DNA of 64,000 nucleotides from an uncultured archaeon (GTDB lineage: Archaea; Hadarchaeota; Hadarchaeia; Hadarchaeales; Hadarchaeaceae). Positions 43,438 through 51,215 of the stretch are shown here, one piece after another (within the stretch, counting starts at the first letter, position 1; every line of letters starts with the position of its first letter). The DNA lies in assembly GCA_937921735.1 (NCBI GenBank), contig CAKZTQ010000011.1:18333-82332 (forward strand). Reading direction: 5' to 3'. The notes under the pieces were generated by a model, which saw only the letters and a list, made by a program, of their open reading frames with translations, was not told the DNA's origin and did no database searches. A program made the translations under genes and the position numbers.

Positions 43438-44433
43438 TTGAAAATTCTAGTCATTCCAGCACATGAACCCATTGACGCAGAACTGATGACATGTTGGTTA
43501 GCTCTGGGTCATGAAGTATTTATTTATCCCGCAAATCGGTGGACATCAATCTTTGCCGAATTGCCCGCTGGCGTTAAAAATAAACTGGTAGTCCCAGACA
43601 TTATATATTGTGGCGATCATTGGGATATTTTACGCGCGCTATTTCTAAAATATAGGTTAAACCCAAAAGCACCGATTTTCAACGTTCTCTGGTGGTTCCC
43701 TTCAAGAAGCCCCCTTTATTATTTCGCAAATAATGTTTCAGTGTGTGATTACGAAAAGAAATATCTGAAGGATCTCCTTGGTATCGATAGCCCTGTGATA
43801 TACTGTCCTGTAAACACCGTTTTGTTTAGACCTGCCAAAAAATGGGAAAATAGAAAGATAGCAACGATTATAGGAAATTACTTTAAGGAAAGGCCAATAA
43901 TGGGGTGTGGTTACCTTCTTAAAATATTTGAGCGGGTTCATGAGCTAGACCCCGAAATCCGATTTCGGTTAATCGGGAATAACCCAAATTTATTATGTCC
44001 TCCCTATGTTGAAAAAATATTCTTAAAAAGAGAAGAAATGCCAAAATACATTAACGAGTCTTCCTGTGTCTTCTTTACGACCACGCGGAATTTGATACCT
44101 CATAGTTTGTTAATAAGCATGAGTTGCGGCAAAAATGTAATTGCTTTCGATTTGCCGTCTCTCCGTGAAGTGATCACCGACGGCGTAACTGGGCACTTAA
44201 TCCCTCCATTCGATGTTGAAATGTTTGCCAAAAAAATCGTTGAAGTGGTAAACGACCCCCCAAGGAAAATAGGGGGAAAAGCCAGAAAAGTGATTTTACA
44301 CAAGTGCGAAAGGATGAAGATCGCAAAACAATTTATTGAAATTTTTGAAAAGGAGCGCAGTTATTTTCGGCATAATATCCGTATTGCTCTTCTTTTCCAT
44401 TTCACCCGCTCGGCAAAAGTTTTTCCAATTTGA
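43438..44433 (+). CDS. GT-B fold glycosyltransferase (GT4-like)
   Basis: 331 aa, TTG start. C-terminal donor-binding region SLREVITDGVTGHLIPP. Confidence 0.65.
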   Translation: MKILVIPAHEPIDAELMTCWLALGHEVFIYPANRWTSIFAELPAGVKNKLVVPDIIYCGDHWDILRALFLKYRLNPKAPIFNVLWWFPSRSPLYYFANNVSVCDYEKKYLKDLLGIDSPVIYCPVNTVLFRPAKKWENRKIATIIGNYFKERPIMGCGYLLKIFERVHELDPEIRFRLIGNNPNLLCPPYVEKIFLKREEMPKYINESSCVFFTTTRNLIPHSLLISMSCGKNVIAFDLPSLREVITDGVTGHLIPPFDVEMFAKKIVEVVNDPPRKIGGKARKVILHKCERMKIAKQFIEIFEKERSYFRHNIRIALLFHFTRSAKVFPI

Positions 44434-44978
44434 CTAAAAATATCAAATAAAAATTTGATTTTTATCTTTTTAATTTCAAAGGCACAATATTGAACACCGA
44501 GTATCTTGAACCCTGATTTTTCAAATAAGTCTGAAAGGGATTCCTTAGTGAAAAACTGTTTGTGATCCGGGTCCGCATGAGCATTAGGATCCCATTTTGA
44601 TGGAACTTCGGCGATAATTATGCCGTCTTTTTTTAAAACCCTAAAAAATTCCTTCACCGCTTCATGCGGATTTTCTAAATGTTCTAGAACGTGATGGCAA
44701 AAAATCCCGTCAAAGAGATTATCTTTGTAAGGCAAACTTCTAATATCACCGATTACTGTTATTTCATATTTACTGGCAGTCTTTACCTCTTCAGGGTTAC
44801 AGTCGATTCCATAAAGTTCCACTTGAGCAGGTTTAAATTTACCAAACCATCCAACCCCACAACCCGCATCTAAGATTTTGTTACAATTATTCTTAATGAA
44901 AATCGACCAGTACTTTTGAATTTGATACTCCGATGGATGTTCCCTGTATATCCCTGACTCAGTTCGAATTTTTGTCAA
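44361..44978 (-). CDS. class I SAM-dependent methyltransferase
   Basis: 205 aa. ILDAGCGVGW SAM motif, Methyltransf_11-like. Confidence 0.7.
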   Translation of the reverse strand: MTKIRTESGIYREHPSEYQIQKYWSIFIKNNCNKILDAGCGVGWFGKFKPAQVELYGIDCNPEEVKTASKYEITVIGDIRSLPYKDNLFDGIFCHHVLEHLENPHEAVKEFFRVLKKDGIIIAEVPSKWDPNAHADPDHKQFFTKESLSDLFEKSGFKILGVQYCAFEIKKIKIKFLFDIFSQIGKTFAERVKWKRRAIRILCRK

Positions 44979-44984
44979 GACAGA

Positions 44985-46154
44985 TCAGCCCTTGTTAAAC
45001 TTTTCTACCATTTGGATAAATCTATCACACACCTTCGGCCAAGTGTAGGTGGCCTCTACATATTTCCTGCCCCTTTCGGCTAACTTTTGCCTTTTTTCCT
45101 CCTCGGAAAGCAAATTGCATATCTCACGCGCCGCCTCTGAAGCTTCTCTAAATAAAAATCCATGTTCCCCAACCACTTCCCGGTGGGCCGGGATGTCAGA
45201 CACGACCGGGAAAGCTCCACACGCTAGCGCCTCGATGGGTACTATCCCAAACCCCTCAAATTCCGAGCACGAGAGAAGGACCTTCGCCCGTTGCAGTATC
45301 CGGAGCTTCTCCTGTTCCGGGACGAACCCCATAAACTTTATACCTTCATCGCTGGCCAGCTTCATTAACCTCTTTCTGTCTGGGCCATCCCCAACGATGA
45401 CCAGCTTAACATCGGGCACCTTCTCCCTCACTCGCCTGAAAATCTCTATTGCCATGTCCACGCGCTTGTAGGATACGAGCCTACCCAAAACTACTATTGT
45501 TTGCTGTTTTTCTTTAGAATACCTATATTTCTCGATCTCTATCCCATTCCCAGTTACGAAAATCTTCTCCCTTGCGACGCCGTAACTTTTAACCAAGGGC
45601 TCGATGTTTTGCGCGGAAACGGTTTCGACGAGGTCCACATATCTCGGCAAATTGTTGTAGATCCACACATAGAAGAGACCGGGGTAGACGAGCAACCCAT
45701 AATCCCTTCTATAATGTCTCAAGTAGAGCGGGATCTCGTACACGTCGTGGACCTCAGCGATTAGCGGGATTTTATACGCCCTAGCTAACACGAAGGCCCT
45801 AGGAAAAGCAAACGACATGGGGGTAATAAGGAAGTCCGGCTTTTCCTCCCTAAGGGTTTTGTCGAGTACTTTAAGGCAGGAAAGGGTGTTGACTGCCATG
45901 TTTTTCAACGAAATGACGATGGGCTCATCGAACCAAGGTGAATATAAGCCGTACCTGACGAACTCGATCCCATCGATGACCTCACGTTTAGGTGTTCCCG
46001 CCCACCTACCCGTGATCATTTTCACTTCATGTCCCCTCTTCACCAGTTCCTTCGATAAGAAGAAGGCATGTGCCTCCCCACCGCCAGGGATGATGAGTTT
46101 TTTATCCTTATGGTAGGGGAAGACCTCGCTGACAAAACAGAACTTCATCTTCAC
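44985..46154 (-). CDS. glycosyltransferase family 4 (group 1)
   Basis: 389 aa. GGGEAHAFFLSKELVKRGHEV and the E-x7-E region SEFEGFGIVPIEALACG. Confidence 0.8.
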   Translation of the reverse strand: MKMKFCFVSEVFPYHKDKKLIIPGGGEAHAFFLSKELVKRGHEVKMITGRWAGTPKREVIDGIEFVRYGLYSPWFDEPIVISLKNMAVNTLSCLKVLDKTLREEKPDFLITPMSFAFPRAFVLARAYKIPLIAEVHDVYEIPLYLRHYRRDYGLLVYPGLFYVWIYNNLPRYVDLVETVSAQNIEPLVKSYGVAREKIFVTGNGIEIEKYRYSKEKQQTIVVLGRLVSYKRVDMAIEIFRRVREKVPDVKLVIVGDGPDRKRLMKLASDEGIKFMGFVPEQEKLRILQRAKVLLSCSEFEGFGIVPIEALACGAFPVVSDIPAHREVVGEHGFLFREASEAAREICNLLSEEEKRQKLAERGRKYVEATYTWPKVCDRFIQMVEKFNKG

Positions 46155-46395
46155 GCCTCACGGGCCTAAACCATTTTGAACCCTTTGCTTCGTTGTGCTT
46201 TTCGCTTTGAAATCGTCTTTTTTCGGGCCTGTGGTATCATCAACCAATCCACGTTTTTTTCCTATTTTAATTCTTTGGGAATCAATAAAAGTTCATCCTC
46301 TGCGTAAAATCCCCACTCGGCGCTCTAAAAGGCTACTATTGAGAGCAGACGAGAACTTTTTTGTATAGGCAAAAGATAGAAATCGGCGAGAAAAG

Positions 46396-47082
46396 ATGAA
46401 CAAAAAAATCATCCATCTCCCCCTCGCCTTGCCCTTCTTCATCTTGCTCGCCGTCACAGCGTTGTTCTTCATGTTTCTCCCCATCTTCGCCGGGCAGGCC
46501 TTCGCCAAGCTCGGCTTCTCGCCGTTGGTTGCCTTCTCCATCCTCCCCCTCTCGCTCCTTGGCAGCGTGGTCAACATCCCGCTATACAGCGTCCGCTCCG
46601 AGCAGGAGGTGCTCCGCGTGAGGCTCGCGAGCTTCTACGGCCTGCTCTACCCCCAGCTCGTGCGCGAGCGAAGGGCGAGGAGGACGGTGATCGCGATAAA
46701 CTTGGGCGGCGCCGTGATCCCACTCGCCGTGTCCTCGCTACTGCTCGCGAGGTCCTGGCAAGCGCTCACCTGGAGGCTCCCGCTGGCAATCTGGATTATC
46801 GCCCTGCTTTGCTACAAGCTGGCGCGCGTGGCGCCGAACGTCGGGATAGTGATGCCGGGCTTCATCCCTCCCCTCGCCTCTGCTGCCCTCGCGCTGCTCC
46901 TGACCAAGGACCTCGCCCCCGCTTTGGCCTATGTTTCGGGCGTGGTAGGCGTGCTAGTCGGCGCCGATCTCATGAACTTGGGCAAGGTTTCCAAGCTGGG
47001 TGCGCCGATGCTGAGCATAGGCGGTGCCGGCACCTTCGACGGCATCTTCCTTACTGGCCTGATCTCGGTTCTCTTGGTTTAG
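46396..47082 (+). CDS. polytopic membrane protein, unknown function (possibly DUF1614-like)
   Basis: 228 aa with ~6 hydrophobic segments. GGAGTFDGIFLTG motif. Family assignment is from memory only. Confidence 0.4.
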   Translation: MNKKIIHLPLALPFFILLAVTALFFMFLPIFAGQAFAKLGFSPLVAFSILPLSLLGSVVNIPLYSVRSEQEVLRVRLASFYGLLYPQLVRERRARRTVIAINLGGAVIPLAVSSLLLARSWQALTWRLPLAIWIIALLCYKLARVAPNVGIVMPGFIPPLASAALALLLTKDLAPALAYVSGVVGVLVGADLMNLGKVSKLGAPMLSIGGAGTFDGIFLTGLISVLLV

Positions 47083-47227
47083 GTCGTCGATCGCCTTTGC
47101 TCTATATCTTTCTCGCGGGATGCTGTCGACGTCGGCGACGGGAACTTCTATCGCCCCAGCTTAACCCCCTTTTCGTTCTTGTTTTTACTTGGAAAAGTCG
47201 TTGAGGGTTTGTAGATAAAAGGTCCGG

Positions 47228-47902
47228 TTAGGGGACAACCATTTGTTTGATCAGCGCCAATAATATCCTGAAGCCGCTGGCGATCGTCGTCCCTCGCGCC
47301 TTGGAGTAGCTCGTGTAAAAGCACCTAACTGGTACCTCCTTCAGCCTGAGCCCAAGCCGCCTCGCTTGGATGATGATTTCCGACGAGACCTCGTAGCGAT
47401 CGCTCTTGATGCGGATGGCCTCGAGCGCCCGCCTGTTGAAGGCCCTGGAACCCGATTGCGAATCGGTGAACACGCCGGAGAGCAGGTAGGTGACGAAGTC
47501 CAGGCCGAAGTTGCCAAGCCGCTTGTGCAAAGGGATGCCTAGGTGCTGCCTCACACCTATGACGACATCCGCCCCATCCAACCCCTCGAGCAACTTCTTG
47601 ACCGCCTTGGGGTCGTGCTGCCCATCAGCGTCGAAGGTGACCGCACGGTCCGCGCCTTGCTCCAGCGCAGCTCGCAGGCCGGTCCTGAGCGCGGCCCCCA
47701 GCCCCATGTTTTTGGGATGACTTATGACCACCGCGCCCTTGGAGCGGGCGATCTCCACGGTGCGATCTCGGGAACCATCGTCGACCACTATTATGTTCGT
47801 CCAACCTTCCGCCCGAAGGGCATCGATCACCGCCCCTATGCTCCTTTCCTCGTTGTACGCCGGCATCACGATCCACGTGGCCACGAGGACACCACCTCGC
47901 AT
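47228..47902 (-). CDS. glycosyltransferase family 2 (dolichyl-phosphate hexose synthase-like)
   Basis: IVMPAYNEERSIGAVIDAL...IIVVDDGSRDRT and the DADGQHD (DxD) motif. Confidence 0.8.
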   Translation of the reverse strand: MRGGVLVATWIVMPAYNEERSIGAVIDALRAEGWTNIIVVDDGSRDRTVEIARSKGAVVISHPKNMGLGAALRTGLRAALEQGADRAVTFDADGQHDPKAVKKLLEGLDGADVVIGVRQHLGIPLHKRLGNFGLDFVTYLLSGVFTDSQSGSRAFNRRALEAIRIKSDRYEVSSEIIIQARRLGLRLKEVPVRCFYTSYSKARGTTIASGFRILLALIKQMVVP

Positions 47903-47979
47903 CTAATAGCTGTCCTCCCATGGTTTTAAGCTGGCAGGGTAATTCTTAAGCCGCGGAGACAAATGTACGCAGGGTTCAG

Positions 47980-48471
47980 GTGATGAGGATGAAGTTAGAG
48001 GTGGTAAAGCTCCTCGCCCCCGAGGGATGCAACCTCATCCTCGGCTCCGCGCATTTCATAAAGACCGTCGAGGACCTGCACGAAAGCCTCGTGAACTCAG
48101 TGCCGGGCATAAAATTCGGCATAGGCTTCTGCGAGTCCTCAGGTCCATGTCTCGTCCGTCACAGCGGCAACGACCCGAAGCTTGAAAGGCTAGCGTCCGA
48201 GAAGGCATTCGAGCTGGCGTGCGGGCACTGCTTTTTGATCTTCATCCGTGACGCCTATCCGATAAACGTGCTGAACGCCATCAAACAAGTGCCGGAGGTT
48301 TGTTCAATTTTCTGCGCTACCGCGAATCCCGTTGAGGTTATCATCGCGGAGACCGAGCAGGGTAGGGGCATACTCGGCGTGGTCGACGGTTTCGGGAGCA
48401 AGGGCATCGAGGGGCCGGAGGAGGAGGCGGAGCGGAAGGAATTCCTTAGGAGGATCGGGTACAAGCTTTAG
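47980..48471 (+). CDS. adenosine-specific-kinase-like protein (DUF355/PAE2307 family)
   Basis: 163 aa. Family recognised from overall sequence recollection only. Confidence 0.4.
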   Translation: MMRMKLEVVKLLAPEGCNLILGSAHFIKTVEDLHESLVNSVPGIKFGIGFCESSGPCLVRHSGNDPKLERLASEKAFELACGHCFLIFIRDAYPINVLNAIKQVPEVCSIFCATANPVEVIIAETEQGRGILGVVDGFGSKGIEGPEEEAERKEFLRRIGYKL

Positions 48472-49408
48472 CCGACCACTCGCGTATCAGCTCCTCGACC
48501 CCCAGCTCCAGCCTCACCTTTGGCCTATAGCCTAGCAACTTACTAGCCTTCGATATGTCGGCTTGGCTCCACCTGATATCACCTAACTTGGCGGGGCGAT
48601 AAATGGGGGCCAGCCCGGGCCTTCCCATCTCGCGCAGGAAGATCTCGCATAGGTCATTTATCGACGTCGCCCTCCCCGTGCCCACGTTAAAGATCTCGCC
48701 GGGCGCGCGTCGGCTCGTCAAGGCGTGGAGCGTGGCATCCACTACGTCTCGCACGTGGACGAAGTCCCTGGTTTGTTTGCCATCACCGTAGATGATCGGA
48801 GGCCTGCCGCGTCTGAGGCGCTCGAAGAACCTGACCATTACCCCAGCGTACTGCCCCATCGTCTGCCTGGGCCCGTAAACATTGAAGTAGCGCAGGCAGA
48901 CGGTCTGCAGCCCGTAGGACCTAAAATAATCCATACACAGCTCCTCGGCCCTTGCCTTGGTCTCCGCGTATGGCGAAAGAGGGTTGAGGGGGGCATCTTC
49001 CCGGATGGGTAGGCGAGCTTGGTCGCCATAGACCGCGCAGCTGCTCGCGTATACGAAGCGCTTGACCCCTGCCCTCAAGCTCGCCTCGAGCAACGAGAGT
49101 GTTCCATCAACGTTGACCCTTCTCGTCAAGCGGGGGGCCGCGATGGAGCGCGGCACGCTGACGATCGCAGCCTCGTGTATCACGGCCTCCACGCCAGAAA
49201 GGGATCTCTCGACGATCTTGGTGTTCCTGATGTCCCCTTTCATGAAACGAAAATCCCGATTTGTCAAGTGGGCCTTGATGTTGTTCTCGTCGCCGGTGGA
49301 CAGGTTGTCCAATACCGTGACGCTATAACCTTGGGCCACTAGCGCATCGACCACATGGGAGCCTATGAAACCCGCCCCTCCGGTTACGAGTACCCTCATA
49401 TCGCTCAC
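48446..49408 (-). CDS. NAD-dependent epimerase/dehydratase (UDP-hexose 4-epimerase-like)
   Basis: 320 aa. [15 protein letters not shown] and YAETK catalytic motif. Confidence 0.8.
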   Translation of the reverse strand: MSDMRVLVTGGAGFIGSHVVDALVAQGYSVTVLDNLSTGDENNIKAHLTNRDFRFMKGDIRNTKIVERSLSGVEAVIHEAAIVSVPRSIAAPRLTRRVNVDGTLSLLEASLRAGVKRFVYASSCAVYGDQARLPIREDAPLNPLSPYAETKARAEELCMDYFRSYGLQTVCLRYFNVYGPRQTMGQYAGVMVRFFERLRRGRPPIIYGDGKQTRDFVHVRDVVDATLHALTSRRAPGEIFNVGTGRATSINDLCEIFLREMGRPGLAPIYRPAKLGDIRWSQADISKASKLLGYRPKVRLELGVEELIREWSAKACTRSS

Positions 49409-49522
49409 TCGAGCAGTCGATGCATCTTTTGACCTGCGACTTTATAAGCGACTTTAGAATTCCGCTTTTGCCCATGGAGACGATACTTTAAAGGTCGGAC
49501 GCAATATTTTGGTTGGGTCGAG

Positions 49523-49933
49523 ATGAAGACTTGGTATAGGGAAATAGCGTTCTCCACGAGCCGACGCAGCGAGGTGGTGGATCTAACTCAACAGGTGATG
49601 TCCGCGACGAGGGAATCGGGCATCAGAAATGGCATATTAGTGTTGCAGTTGCCCCACGCCACCGCGGCGCTCGCGATGAATGAGGGCGAGGAGGGGTTGA
49701 AGCAAGATATCCTCGAAAAGCTCGACGACCTCATCCCCGTGCGGGGCAGGTATCAGCACGATCGCATCGACACCAACGCCCACGCGCACCTGAAGTCGGT
49801 GCTCTTGGGCTCGTCCGTCGTGTTGCCCGTCGTCGACGGCTCCATCGTTCGCGGGACCTGGCAGAACATCCTCGTAGTAGAACAAGATGGGCCCAGGAAG
49901 CGGAGGCTGGCGCTCTTCCTGATGGGCGAGTAA
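49523..49933 (+). CDS. yjbQ: YjbQ/UPF0047 family protein (secondary thiamine-phosphate synthase)
   Basis: 136 aa. LQLPHATAALAMNE and HLKSVLLGSS motifs. Confidence 0.7.
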   Translation: MKTWYREIAFSTSRRSEVVDLTQQVMSATRESGIRNGILVLQLPHATAALAMNEGEEGLKQDILEKLDDLIPVRGRYQHDRIDTNAHAHLKSVLLGSSVVLPVVDGSIVRGTWQNILVVEQDGPRKRRLALFLMGE

Positions 49934-49963
49934 AGCTGTCCAAAGCTTCAGGCCGGCGATCAA

Positions 49964-50578
49964 ATGAGACGAGATCCCAAAGGCATCTTGGAGGAGTTAA
50001 GGTCCAAAGCTGAGAAGTGTACCGGCTGTGGGCTGTGCAAAACTCGGGCGAATTTGGTATTCGGCGTCGGGCCGGCGAACGCAGAGGTGATGTTGGTCGG
50101 AGAGGCCCCAGGCTTCTGGGAGGACCAAGCCGGCATCCCCTTCGTCGGAGCGGCAGGCAAAAACCTCAACGCGCTCCTGCAGGAGGCCGGCCTGAAGCGG
50201 GAGGAGGTCTACATCACCAACGTGGTCAAGGCTAGGCCACCGGGCAATCGGGACCCAACCGAGGAGGAAATAGCGGCATGTAGACCCTTTTTGCAAGGGC
50301 AGATCTCAGCGATAGGGCCAAAGCTCGTCGTGGCATTGGGTCGAATAGCTGCCGGGGAGCTGCTGGGTAGGCCAGTGGCGATGAGCAGGGAGCATGGGAG
50401 CCTGGTGGATTGCAACTATGCCGGCGTAAACTTCAAGCTCTTTCTCACCTATCATCCAGCGGCGGGTATCTACAGCGGTAGGACGAAGATGGAATTGCAG
50501 GATGACTTTCGAAAATTGGGCGGAATACTTAAAAAGCTAGGGATCTCTTCCGTGACTAAACAGCCGCAAGGTCGATGA
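49964..50578 (+). CDS. udg: family 4 uracil-DNA glycosylase (4Fe-4S)
   Basis: CTGCGLCKTR...VFGVGPANAEVMLVGEAPGFWEDQAGIPFVGAAG. Confidence 0.85.
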   Translation: MRRDPKGILEELRSKAEKCTGCGLCKTRANLVFGVGPANAEVMLVGEAPGFWEDQAGIPFVGAAGKNLNALLQEAGLKREEVYITNVVKARPPGNRDPTEEEIAACRPFLQGQISAIGPKLVVALGRIAAGELLGRPVAMSREHGSLVDCNYAGVNFKLFLTYHPAAGIYSGRTKMELQDDFRKLGGILKKLGISSVTKQPQGR

Positions 50579-51215
50579 CCTTCGCCTTCCTGCGCTTCAG
50601 TACTTCGGCAGGGATATCCCAAATGGCCCTCGCTCGCTGGATTACCGCGCGATCGCTACTGGCGGCCACGTCGAATTTCCGGAGCTGGAAATCGACTCCT
50701 TTCACCGCCCTCGCGTCCCCTTCCAGGCCTGTTTCCTCGAGCAACCTCCTCACTTCCGCCGCCAGCTCGCCGCTCCTGCTCACCTGTCCGTCAAACATCA
50801 CGCAGACCTCGCTAGGCCTCGCTTCGGAGACCGTCGCGAGCACCGTCTTCAGCGCCTTGGGAGTAGTAAGGGATTTTCGGTATTTGCCGAAGATGGCGCG
50901 CAGGTCGCGCACGTAGCCGTCGTCGCACATTACGATGGGTTTGCCCGTTAGGATGCTCTCCACGGTTATCAGCACGTTATATCCGTCTATCCCCAAGCTC
51001 TTTCCTCGCACGCTAGCTATATCTACGGCTTTAGCTCGATTGGCCGCCGCCTCGGCACCTGAGAATACGCACCTCGCCAGCAAATGGCGCTGGTCTAAGG
51101 GAAGGCGGTAGTGATTGCCCACAAAGCTCACGGCGGACTCCCTAGGATACCCTCGGTTGAGCAAATATCTCAAATCCTTGACCGCTCGCTTCAGTTCCTG
51201 CGAGAGCATGTTCAT
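50556..51215 (-). CDS. conserved archaeal hypothetical protein (possibly DUF434-type with NYN/PIN-like C-terminal half)
   Basis: 219 aa. 4-nt overlap with leuS. Family assignment is tentative, from memory. Confidence 0.35.
   Translation of the reverse strand: MNMLSQELKRAVKDLRYLLNRGYPRESAVSFVGNHYRLPLDQRHLLARCVFSGAEAAANRAKAVDIASVRGKSLGIDGYNVLITVESILTGKPIVMCDDGYVRDLRAIFGKYRKSLTTPKALKTVLATVSEARPSEVCVMFDGQVSRSGELAAEVRRLLEETGLEGDARAVKGVDFQLRKFDVAASSDRAVIQRARAIWDIPAEVLKRRKAKVIDLAAV

Noticed and set aside
44961-44970. agttcgaatt inside the methyltransferase gene matches the tRNA T-loop gttcgaat.
   Set aside because: An 8-nt match is expected by chance in 7 kb on two strands, and it has no flanking similarity.
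46225-46234. gggcctgtgg at the far end of the glycan cassette resembles the 5' end of tRNA-Arg (gggcccgtgg), suggesting a possible att repeat.
   Set aside because: Only 9 of 10 nt match, and it matches the 5' rather than the 3' part of the tRNA, which is not the geometry expected for tRNA-targeted integration. It is likely chance.
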